Part shown: piece after piece, positions 8,841 through 16,787 of the stretch
Layout of the letters: each line of letters opens with the position of its first letter
How positions within the stretch are numbered: the first letter of the stretch is position 1
DNA from: an uncultured Spirochaetota bacterium
GTDB lineage: Bacteria > Spirochaetota > Spirochaetia > SZUA-6 > Fen-1364
Direction: 5' to 3'
DNA length: 64,000 bases
NCBI GenBank assembly: GCA_963734545.1
Contig: CAVTHO010000009.1
Coordinates: 146,747 to 210,746 of the forward strand
Made by a program: the position numbers and the translations under genes
The notes under the pieces: generated by a model
The model's database searches: none
What the model was told of the DNA's origin: nothing
The model's input: only the letters and a program-made list of their open reading frames with translations

Positions 8841-9470
8841 CTACAGCGAGCGGCAGAACCGGACCATCTCCCGAACCGCCTCGGCCATGTTCTGCGCGTA
8901 CGTGCGGCCTGAGCTCTTGCGCGGCTTGAACGAGTGGTCCCCGTCTTCCAGATATGCCACCCGAATCGCGGCAGACAGCGTGTAGCCGGCAATCTCCTCC
9001 CGGGTCCCGAGCGTATCCCGGGTGCCCTGAAGGATAAGCGTGGGGGTCTTGAGATCCTTCAGGTGCGCCACTCGAAGACTGGCCGGTCTTCCCGCCGGAT
9101 GAAACGGGTAGCCCAGGCAGACCAGACCTTTCACACCGAGCCCGTCCGCCACCATGCTGGCAATCCGTCCACCCATCGACCTTCCGCCAATCACCAGCTC
9201 TGACGGCGAGCCGAGCTGATCCACGACGCCGGCCCAGCAATCCTGCAGCACCTTCGGCGCATCAGGGGCGGTTCTCCTGCCCGTCTTTCGAAACTCCTGC
9301 ATGTAGGGGAACTCGAACCTGATCACTTGAATGGACTCACCGACCAGCGCGTGCGCCATTTCTTCCATGGGCGGAGAGTCCATGAGCGACCCGGCTCCGT
9401 GCGCAAGAACCACGCGCAGCCAGGGCTTCCCGGCTTCCGGGGTGTCGATCAGCAAAGGTACAGTACTCAC
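8841..9470 (-). CDS. Alpha/beta-hydrolase fold protein (COG3571-like predicted hydrolase)
   Basis: GRSMGGRIASM nucleophile elbow (GxSxG) and VVLAHGAGS. The probable start is the GTG at 9470, preceded by GGAGGAGG, so the listed ORF is extended at the N-terminus. Confidence 0.7.
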   Translation of the reverse strand: MSTVPLLIDTPEAGKPWLRVVLAHGAGSLMDSPPMEEMAHALVGESIQVIRFEFPYMQEFRKTGRRTAPDAPKVLQDCWAGVVDQLGSPSELVIGGRSMGGRIASMVADGLGVKGLVCLGYPFHPAGRPASLRVAHLKDLKTPTLILQGTRDTLGTREEIAGYTLSAAIRVAYLEDGDHSFKPRKSSGRTYAQNMAEAVREMVRFCRSL

Positions 9471-9534
9471 GCAGCCTCCTCCGCGCCTATGGCCCCGGTG
9501 CCCGCAGTCACTTACATTGGACTGGGAAACAGGG

Positions 9535-11499
9535 ATGGCTATTGAAGAATATCGCCGCAAAAGAGACTTCAGCAAAACACCCGAACCCGAACCGGGAAAG
9601 CTGGACGTCGGGGGAAACAGGTTCGTCGTCCACCGGCACGAGGCGCGCAACCTCCACTATGATCTGCGGATCCAGGCGGGAGGGGTCCTGTCCTCCTGGG
9701 CCGTGCCGAAAGGATTCTCATACGATCCGGTGGACAAGAGGCTCGCGGTAAGGACCGAGGATCATCCGCTCGAGTACACGAGCTTCGAGGGGGCCATTCC
9801 GCGCGGCCAGTACGGCGCCGGTACGATGCGCATCTGGGACGTCGGGGAATACGAGGTGCGGAAAGCCCCCGACATCCATAGAGCAATCGAGAAGGGAGAA
9901 ATCAAGCTCGAGCTGCGGGGCCGGCGATTGCGCGGGGAATGGCACATGGTGCGCACCAAGGGGGGCGAAGGCAGGGACTGGCTGCTTTTCAAGGCCCGGG
10001 ATCGCTACGCCGGGTCCGGTAGCGACTTGTTCGGAGGCGCGGACATGAGCCGGGCAATCCAGAGACCGCCGCTCGGCAGGATTGCCCGAATGGAAGCCTC
10101 GCCCTGGCCGCTGCCCTTCGATGACCCGGACTGGCTTTTTGAACCGGCGCTGGCAGGGAAGCGCGTGCGCGCGTCGATCGACGGCCCTTCGGTCAGCATC
10201 CGGGCCGGGGCGGAAGACCTTGCCCCGGAGCTGCCGGCCGTTGTGGCGGATCTGGGGAAAATACGCGCGGAGACGCTGCTCTTCGATGGTGTTGTCGTCA
10301 CGGGCGAATCAGCGCCTGTTCTGTACGTCTTTGACGTGCTCTACGCCGAAGAATGGGACCTGAGGCAGCTCGCGCTCCGGGAGCGCAAGGCCGTCCTCCG
10401 TTCGCTCCTGCCGGACCTGAAATGCGTATTCCGGGTCGACCCGGTGGCCGAGCGCGGCTCGGCGCTCGCACAGGCAGCCGCCGAATCGGGGCTGTCGGCG
10501 ATTCTGGCCAAGCGCGCGTCGAGCAGATATCAGGCAGGACTCTCGGAGGACTGGCGGCACATACCGGTTACCGCGGCAAAGACCCGGAACCAGGCCAGGA
10601 AGCCTCCCCGCCCGGCCGAGTTTGCAATAACGAATCCCCGCAAGGTGTACTGGCCCGAGCAGGGATACACGAAAGGGGACCTGCTGGCCTACTACGAGCT
10701 GACCGCGGGCTGGCTCCTCCCTTACCTCAAGGACCGCCCCCTGCACATGTACAGGTGGCCGGATGGAATACGGGGCAAGTCGTTCTATCAGAAGCAGCTC
10801 CCCGAGGGAATTCCCGACTGGATCGAGACGGTGGATGTCGCCAAGGCTGGCGAGGAGCCGACGCACTACATCGTCTGCAACGACCGAAGGACGCTGCTGA
10901 CCCTCGTGAACCTCGGGACCATAGACATTCATCCCTGGCTTTCCCGCAGGGGCAGCCTCGATTCTCCGGACTGGGCGATCCTCGACCTGGACCCCAAGGA
11001 GGCTCCATTCTCGAATGTGATCAAGGTGGCGCGCGTCGTCGGCAAGCTCCTGCGGGGGCTCGGCCTCGAGGCCTACCTGAAGACTTCCGGCTCCACCGGG
11101 CTGCACGTCTGCATCCCGTTGAAGCCCGGCTACACCTACGAGCAGAGCCGCATGTTCTGCGAGGCCGTTGCGCGGCTCGTTGTGCGGGACCATGGTGACA
11201 TCGCGACCGTGGAGCGCGTCATGAGCCGTCGCGGGGGCCGGGTCTACGTGGATTTCCTTCAGAACCGAAGGGAGCAGACGGTCGTCCCGCCGTACGTGGT
11301 GCGGCCGGTGGAAGCTGCGTCGGTCTCGATGCCGCTCGCCTGGGACGAGCTCGAAGGGGAGCTGCGCATCGAGGACTTCACGCTGGCCACGGCACCCGCG
11401 CGCATCGAGAAGACGGGAGACCTTTTTCGCACTGCCCTCGGCAAGGGGCAGGATCTTGCGGGGGCCATCGAAGCCCTGGCGCGTTCCCTCGAGGCCTGA
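9535..11499 (+). CDS. ligD: LigD-like NHEJ polyprotein: phosphoesterase (PE) - degenerate ligase-like module - polymerase/primase (Pol)
   Basis: PE motifs are FVVHRHEARNLHYDLR. Pol motifs are ILDLDPKE, KTSGSTGLHVCIPL and VYVDFLQNRREQ. The middle region aligns to ligase motifs III-V (LLFDGVVV, YVFDVLY, ILAKR), but motif I is ALAG where KxDG is expected. ATG at 9535. Confidence 0.85.
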   Translation: MAIEEYRRKRDFSKTPEPEPGKLDVGGNRFVVHRHEARNLHYDLRIQAGGVLSSWAVPKGFSYDPVDKRLAVRTEDHPLEYTSFEGAIPRGQYGAGTMRIWDVGEYEVRKAPDIHRAIEKGEIKLELRGRRLRGEWHMVRTKGGEGRDWLLFKARDRYAGSGSDLFGGADMSRAIQRPPLGRIARMEASPWPLPFDDPDWLFEPALAGKRVRASIDGPSVSIRAGAEDLAPELPAVVADLGKIRAETLLFDGVVVTGESAPVLYVFDVLYAEEWDLRQLALRERKAVLRSLLPDLKCVFRVDPVAERGSALAQAAAESGLSAILAKRASSRYQAGLSEDWRHIPVTAAKTRNQARKPPRPAEFAITNPRKVYWPEQGYTKGDLLAYYELTAGWLLPYLKDRPLHMYRWPDGIRGKSFYQKQLPEGIPDWIETVDVAKAGEEPTHYIVCNDRRTLLTLVNLGTIDIHPWLSRRGSLDSPDWAILDLDPKEAPFSNVIKVARVVGKLLRGLGLEAYLKTSGSTGLHVCIPLKPGYTYEQSRMFCEAVARLVVRDHGDIATVERVMSRRGGRVYVDFLQNRREQTVVPPYVVRPVEAASVSMPLAWDELEGELRIEDFTLATAPARIEKTGDLFRTALGKGQDLAGAIEALARSLEA

Positions 11500-11516
11500 G
11501 CCCGGCCCGGACCGGG

Positions 11517-12728
11517 TCAGTCGTCCGGATCGTCCCTCCCCTTGTACCTGATCAGGGTGAGGTGCATCTCGCTAGGAAACGCTTTGAGGCATTCCGCTCG
11601 ATGAGGGAGCGCCTTGTCGTGCTGACCCGTGCGGGAGAATATGATTGCGAGATTGCAGTGCGCATCCGGATAGCGGGGCTCGAGGGACAGCGCGGTCTGG
11701 TAGGCATGGATCCCCTCGTCATGCTTGCCAATTGCCACCAGGCAATTGCCCAGATTGTTCCACGCCTCCGCGAAACCACGATCGGCATCGATAGCCTGCA
11801 GGTAACGCTCCGCCGCGTCCGCCTCGCGTCCCAGCTCGTAGAGAACATTTCCGAGGTTGAAGAGCGTTTCCGGATCTGGTTCCGCTTCGAGGGCCCGGCG
11901 GTACGCATCCGCTGCCCGCTGAAGATCGCCGCGCTCCTCGGCCTCCACCGCCTCGGAAAACCACCGGCTGTGGCTCTGGTCGCCTTCCGGGAAGATGGAC
12001 ACGCGGGGAGATGTCATCTCCCGCTCCGTGTCGAAATCCATGAGCCTCTGGCCGCTGGGCTCGGCCCAGCCTCCATCCAGCAGCCGGATGCGCAGCCCGC
12101 TGTCATACGCCTCGAGACGCCCGGCAATCTGTTCTCCATCCGGCACCCACTGGGCGATCTCGGAGAGGCTCTGGCGCAGCAGCGCGGTGGAGACTCCGGA
12201 TGCCGTCAGCCGGCCGAGGTTGCGCGCAAGCAGGATGTCCTTGAACTCGAACCAGGCCAGCCGATTGGCCACGCGCGCGGGAGGGAGCAGCCCTCGGCGC
12301 ATCCAGCTGCGGACCACGGAAAGGGGCTCGTCCACGATGCGGCCCACCTGGGCCGCGGTGTACATTCGGGAGATATCGCTCAATTCTCCTTCGGCGCCGA
12401 TCAAGGCCAGGAACTCGGCCTCGTCCACCAGCCGTATGGGTGCCCCCTGTTTCTTCAGCTCGCGGAAGCGCAGCATGTTGCGCGCAATACCCCCGTCCGG
12501 CGTGAAGTGCCCCGTTGCCTGGCCCGCTATGAGAAGCTCCGTGGTGGTCCCTGGCTCGCGCACGGGGCGGCCGCCGGCCCGGGTGATCCGCTGGACCGCC
12601 TCTGCCCTGTCCATGGAGACCAGACGACCGGTGAGCGCCACTTCCCTGCCGGCGAGCGATTCCTGAGGCGGCACTTTTTCCCTGCGCGGTACCCCGCGCA
12701 TTTCTTCTTCCGTCACGACGTCAGGCAT
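11517..12728 (-). CDS. BRCT domain - MerR-like HTH - TPR repeat protein, function unknown, within the NHEJ operon
   Basis: N-terminal LigA-type BRCT (VALTGRLVSMDRAEAVQRITRAGGRPV...ELLIAGQATG...LVDEAEFLALI). HTH is YTAAQVGRIVDEPLSVVRSWMRRGLL. Three or more C-terminal TPRs. Its start overlaps the ligase stop by 8 nt. Confidence 0.75.
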   Translation of the reverse strand: MPDVVTEEEMRGVPRREKVPPQESLAGREVALTGRLVSMDRAEAVQRITRAGGRPVREPGTTTELLIAGQATGHFTPDGGIARNMLRFRELKKQGAPIRLVDEAEFLALIGAEGELSDISRMYTAAQVGRIVDEPLSVVRSWMRRGLLPPARVANRLAWFEFKDILLARNLGRLTASGVSTALLRQSLSEIAQWVPDGEQIAGRLEAYDSGLRIRLLDGGWAEPSGQRLMDFDTEREMTSPRVSIFPEGDQSHSRWFSEAVEAEERGDLQRAADAYRRALEAEPDPETLFNLGNVLYELGREADAAERYLQAIDADRGFAEAWNNLGNCLVAIGKHDEGIHAYQTALSLEPRYPDAHCNLAIIFSRTGQHDKALPHRAECLKAFPSEMHLTLIRYKGRDDPDD

Positions 12729-13617
12729 CCAGAAGCCCCTCGAACACGGGTGCGCGAAGCAATCCCGCTGAGGTGAGCTCAGCGAAGCTTACCGCGCAGA
12801 ACAGGCCCGGCTCAACCCACCTCGCGCGTTCAGGGCAGGACACGAGCGGCGTGTCTCTCGGCCGCTGTCTCAGGAGCGTGTTGATCCTTTCGCGGACCCC
12901 TTCGGTGAAGCCGCCCCCCACTCTCCCGACATAGCGAAGCGCACCTTCCTGCTCTCCGGGAAGGCCGTTGCTCGCCACGAGCAGGCTCTGGAAGTCATCG
13001 CCATCCTTCTCGATATATCCGATGATGGCAACGTGGACCTGGAGCCGCCGCTTGAACTTCACCCAGGCGCCGTTGCGCTTTCCCGCCGCGTATGTGCTGG
13101 AGAGGCGCTTTGCCACGACTCCTTCAAGGCCCTGCTCGCAGGCCATCCGGTACAGCATCTTTCCTTTGGCGCGGACCCCTTCTGAAAGAATCACGCCCGG
13201 ACACGGGGAATCCTTCATGATCTCTTCGAGGACCCCGCGCCTTTCGGAGAACGGCGCGTCGAGCAGGGAGCGGGACGCGCTGTAGAGGACGTCAAACACG
13301 ACAAAGCTGACCGGCCAGGCGCCGGCACCGTGTCTGCTTTGAAGGACGAGCTCGAAATCAGGCTTGCCGTCGCGAAGAACAACCAGCTCCCCGTCCAGGA
13401 CGAGGCCGTCGGGGAGCGCGGCCAGGCCGGCAAGGGACGGGTAGCGCGCGGTGATATCCACCCCGTTGCGGCTCACAAGGCGATGCGCGCCGCGCTCCAC
13501 CAGGGCCTGCGTGCGGATGCCGTCCCACTTGAACTCGAAGAAATGGGCGTCCGAATCGAATGGCTGGCCGAGGACGGCGAGCATGGGGGGCACGAACCGG
13601 GGAAGCGCCTTATCCAA
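12721..13617 (-). CDS. ATP-dependent DNA ligase (LigD ligase-domain type), standalone
   Basis: Motif I EFKWDGIR, motif III LDGELVV, motif IV FVVFDVLY, motif V EGVVAKR, motif VI WVKFK. The true start is uncertain (ATG 13584, GTG 13593 or TTG 13617). The listed ORF start at 13797 overlaps Ku and is unlikely. Confidence 0.85.
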   Translation of the reverse strand: MDKALPRFVPPMLAVLGQPFDSDAHFFEFKWDGIRTQALVERGAHRLVSRNGVDITARYPSLAGLAALPDGLVLDGELVVLRDGKPDFELVLQSRHGAGAWPVSFVVFDVLYSASRSLLDAPFSERRGVLEEIMKDSPCPGVILSEGVRAKGKMLYRMACEQGLEGVVAKRLSSTYAAGKRNGAWVKFKRRLQVHVAIIGYIEKDGDDFQSLLVASNGLPGEQEGALRYVGRVGGGFTEGVRERINTLLRQRPRDTPLVSCPERARWVEPGLFCAVSFAELTSAGLLRAPVFEGLLDA

Positions 13618-14509
13618 CCTTCTTCTTCTTGGTCGTTGCGGCTTTGGCCGGCTTGGCGCTGGGAGCCTGCTTGAGCCCCGCCTTTGCCGCCTGCTTGTCC
13701 TCCACCGTTGCCTGCGCGCCGCTGGCTGCCTGGGCCTCTGCCACGCTGCGCTTGAGGGCCTCCATGAGATTGATGATCTTCGGCTCCTCGGGGTCACGGA
13801 TCTGGACGACTTCCTTCCCCTCGATCTTCATCTGGATCAGCTTTGTCAGCTTTTCCTTGTACACGTCGTGATACTTTGAAAAGTCGAAGCTCTTGATCAT
13901 CGAGGCTTTGATGAGCGTGTCCGCCAGGGACATTTCCGCATCGGACACTTCCGTTTCAGTGATCTCGTCCTTGAACGCGGAGGCGGCCTTCACCTCGTCC
14001 TTCCGGTTCAGAACGGTCATGGCCAGCACCCCGTCTATCGGCCGCAGCATGACCACCTGCTCTTTCTGGGAGATGACCACCTCGGCCATGGCGCACACCT
14101 GGTTCGCCAGCATGCCCTTCAGCAGAAGGTTGTACGGTTTCTGGCCCACGGGCCCGTCCGGCGTCAGGAAGTAGGTCCGGCCGCCCAGGTAGATCGTGCT
14201 GAGGTCCTCCGGCTTGATGAACCCGTCTATCCGGATGGACTTGTCGCTCTCGGTGCGCAGCTTGTCGATCTCATCCTCGTCGATGATGACATACTGCCCT
14301 TTCGAGTACTCGTAGCCCTTGACGATCTCCTCGCTGCTGACTTCACCAACCTCAGGGGCGAACTTCTTGTACTGGATCCGCGTGTGGGTTTTTGCGTGAA
14401 GCTGGTGGAGCGTGATGTCGCTCCCGGTCGACGTGGACGTATATGCCTTGACTGGCACTGAAACCAGGCTGAGCTTCAAGAACCCCTTCCAACTGGCATG
14501 GGCTGCCAT
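13610..14509 (-). CDS. ku: Ku protein (NHEJ DNA end-binding)
   Basis: N-terminus WKGFLKLSLVSVPVKAY matches the Ku core consensus. Lys-rich C-terminal tail (AKPAKAATTKKKKVG). GAGGAGG RBS upstream. Confidence 0.9.
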   Translation of the reverse strand: MAAHASWKGFLKLSLVSVPVKAYTSTSTGSDITLHQLHAKTHTRIQYKKFAPEVGEVSSEEIVKGYEYSKGQYVIIDEDEIDKLRTESDKSIRIDGFIKPEDLSTIYLGGRTYFLTPDGPVGQKPYNLLLKGMLANQVCAMAEVVISQKEQVVMLRPIDGVLAMTVLNRKDEVKAASAFKDEITETEVSDAEMSLADTLIKASMIKSFDFSKYHDVYKEKLTKLIQMKIEGKEVVQIRDPEEPKIINLMEALKRSVAEAQAASGAQATVEDKQAAKAGLKQAPSAKPAKAATTKKKKVG

Positions 14510-14708
14510 GAACGCCTCCTCGTACTGCCGTCACAGCGGGATGGGACACGGTCGTCGGCTCCCCGAAGCGGCCATACCTTCCCAATTCACTAAGGTATTG
14601 TCGGCATATTTCGAAGTCAACTTCCTGGGACCGGGAAGCGCCTGGCGCGCATGTGTGCACACACGGAGGCGAATACAGGGGCAGGCCCGCACGAGAAATC
14701 CAGGATTC

Positions 14709-14737
14709 TTGACACATAAGGTAGGAATTCATACGAT
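14709..14737 (+). promoter_or_regulatory. Sigma70-like promoter upstream of vapB (TTGACA-17-TACGAT)
   Basis: Near-consensus -35 and -10 hexamers with 17-bp spacing, 7 bp before the vapB ATG region. The surrounding sequence is locally AT-rich. Confidence 0.4.
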
Positions 14738-14743
14738 ATTGGT

Positions 14744-14965
14744 ATGAAAACAACGGTCTCGGAAAAGGGCCAGGTCACCATCCCGAAGGCAATTCGGGAC
14801 AAGCTGGGTCTCCGGCCCGGTACAGTCCTGGACTTCGATGCAATAGAGGGGAAGTTGATAGGAGTGAAAAAGGAGCAGGATGACCGCATCGGCCGATGGC
14901 TCGGCAAGGGATCCCTTCCCGGCGCGCTTTCCGTGGACGACTATCTGCGGCGGATCCGCGGATGA
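14744..14965 (+). CDS. vapB: AbrB/MazE-fold antitoxin (VapB-like)
   Basis: SEKGQVTIPKAIRDKLGL swapped-hairpin motif, 73 aa. Its stop overlaps the downstream PIN gene start (ATGA). Confidence 0.75.
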   Translation: MKTTVSEKGQVTIPKAIRDKLGLRPGTVLDFDAIEGKLIGVKKEQDDRIGRWLGKGSLPGALSVDDYLRRIRG

Positions 14966-15373
14966 TCACCGCAGTGGACAGCTCCGTCATCCTTGACGTG
15001 TTGACCGGGGACCAGGGCAATACGTCTGCGAGCCTCGCCGCTCTGCGAAAAGCTTCGCGGGAAGGCCGGTTGATTGTCAGCGAGAGTGTGGTTGCCGAGG
15101 TTCGGCCGGTATTTGAATCCAATTCCCTCTTCGAGGAGTTTCTGGGGGACTGGGGCCTGGAGTTCATGCCCTCCACGCTGCGCAGCTCGATCCGGGCGGG
15201 CGAGATGTTCCGTCAGATGCTGGCACGGAAGAAAAAGCAGGAGGGCAGGATACTGCCCGGATTTCCTTATTGGCGCGCACGCGCTCGAACACGCTGATCG
15301 ATTGCTTGCCAGGGATCGGGGTTTCCTGCGCGACTACTTCACCGAGCTGGCCCTCTGGGACCCGTCGCGATAG
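14962..15373 (+). CDS. vapC: PIN-domain toxin (VapC-like), reading frame interrupted by a -1/+1 shift near 15230-15265
   Basis: N-terminus [17 protein letters not shown] (PIN Asp) in one frame and C-terminus [22 protein letters not shown] (PIN C-terminal motif) in another. The junction lies near an A5 run. Confidence 0.6.
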
Positions 15374-15416
15374 CCCGCCTGGGAGGGACGCAGGATTGAG
15401 AGACAAAAGGGAGCTG

Positions 15417-16025
15417 ATGCAACTGGAGCTTGCCGAATGGCGCAGACTGACAGGGGAGCTGTATGCGGCGGTACGCACGTCCTCCACGGGAGAGGGCGAG
15501 CAGGCGTGGAGAGCTTTTGTGAACACGCGGAGCGAAATGTTCCGCGCCCACCCTCAATCGCCGCTTACTGCCCGACAAAAGAAGACCTTCCAGGCGCTGC
15601 TCTACTTCCCGTACAATCCGGCCTGGCGATTTCAGGTCCGGGCAGAGCCTCTCGAGACCGCGGCCGCTGCCCGATCGCTGGCCGTCGATCTGCCGGAAGG
15701 AAAGGCCGGTCTCCTGCCTTTTGCGCACGTCCACTTTGCCTCTGTGCAGCTCACGCTGTACTGGATCGAAGGGTACGGTGGGGGACTCTTCCTGCCTTTC
15801 AAGGACAGGACGAACGGCACCGAGACATACGGCGGGGGCCGCTATCTGTACGACACGATCAAGGGCGCGGACCTCGGAGCCGGTCCTGACACGATGCTGC
15901 TCGACTTCAACTTCGCCTACAATCCCTCGTGCGCATACAGCCCGCAGTGGACGTGTCCGCTCGCGCCTGCGGAAAACAACCTGCCGCTGCGTATCGAGGC
16001 GGGAGAGCTTGCTTTCGAAGGGTGA
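15417..16025 (+). CDS. DUF1684 family protein
   Basis: Conserved GGGLFLPFKD..NGTETYGGGRYL...DFNFAYNPSCAYS..W.CPL signature. ATG at 15417 with an AAGGGAG RBS. Confidence 0.8.
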   Translation: MQLELAEWRRLTGELYAAVRTSSTGEGEQAWRAFVNTRSEMFRAHPQSPLTARQKKTFQALLYFPYNPAWRFQVRAEPLETAAAARSLAVDLPEGKAGLLPFAHVHFASVQLTLYWIEGYGGGLFLPFKDRTNGTETYGGGRYLYDTIKGADLGAGPDTMLLDFNFAYNPSCAYSPQWTCPLAPAENNLPLRIEAGELAFEG

Positions 16026-16029
16026 GCGC

Positions 16030-16731
16030 CTATCGCGAGGCCCGCTTCGGCGCTGCCCGCCGTGTGAGCTCCCTGGGCGGCGGCGGGGTGAGGCCTTTGG
16101 TTACCCGCGTCCCGATGGATTTCATCAACGGCCCCACGACCTTCTTGAATGGAATAGCAAGCGGATAGTCGTGATTGTACGGCGCAGCCCAGTGCCGCCC
16201 GATGAGGGTCGCGTAGACCGACAGGGTCTGCTTGGCGGCCATGAAGTCCCGCGCGCTGAGAATCTCGTCGGCAAGTCCGAACGGGATGCTCCGCATGAGC
16301 GAGCCCCGCGCGTACTCCACTGCCCATACTCCATCCGTGAAGTTCATGCCGCAGGCCTGGCCTTTGCCCACGAAGATGCGGTCTCCCGGTCGGTACACCC
16401 GCTTTTCGAACTGCCCCTCGGCGTAGTACCAGGTCTCCCCGTCGATCACCGTGTCCCAGAACGCCACGCGGTGGCGCCCCGAGTGGCCTTCGGAACCGAT
16501 GGGGGTGCCCCAGATCATCACGTACTCCTGGAGCGACGCGAAGTAGAGCTTCATCTGGATCATCGCGCCCCCTGCAATGCTGTAGATCCAGGGCTGGCTG
16601 TTGTCGATATGGCCCGGGTAGCGCTCCTCGACCGCCCGCGCGAACACATCGAACATCTCCGGCTTGCGATGGCCCAGACAGGCCATGGCACACTCATCGA
16701 TCACCTCGGGGTCGAAAATGTATCTCTTCAT
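16030..16731 (-). CDS. ERG2 / sigma-1 receptor family protein (soluble, no N-terminal TM)
   Basis: Clear similarity to sigma-1R/C-8 sterol isomerase: AGGAMIQMKLYFASLQEYVMIWGTPIGSEGHSGRH...WAVEYARGSLMRSIPFGLADEILSARDF versus human SIGMAR1 [35 protein letters not shown]...[28 protein letters not shown]. Confidence 0.85.
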   Translation of the reverse strand: MKRYIFDPEVIDECAMACLGHRKPEMFDVFARAVEERYPGHIDNSQPWIYSIAGGAMIQMKLYFASLQEYVMIWGTPIGSEGHSGRHRVAFWDTVIDGETWYYAEGQFEKRVYRPGDRIFVGKGQACGMNFTDGVWAVEYARGSLMRSIPFGLADEILSARDFMAAKQTLSVYATLIGRHWAAPYNHDYPLAIPFKKVVGPLMKSIGTRVTKGLTPPPPRELTRRAAPKRASR

Positions 16732-16787
16732 GGCTCTCCTCGCATGACACACATGGTAGCCGAGCTTGCATAGGTTGGCAAGGTACT

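Noticed and set aside
11517-12776. 404-aa plus-strand ORF (11562-12776) antisense to the BRCT-HTH-TPR gene
   Set aside because: Its translation lacks motifs and mirrors the minus-strand gene, which has recognisable BRCT, HTH and TPR segments and operon coupling to the ligase.
13618-13797. Ligase ORF start at 13797 overlapping the Ku C-terminus by ~190 bp
   Set aside because: The overlap region translates to an Arg/Pro-rich low-complexity peptide. The conserved ligase N-terminus (PRFVPPMLAVLG) begins just after the Ku stop.
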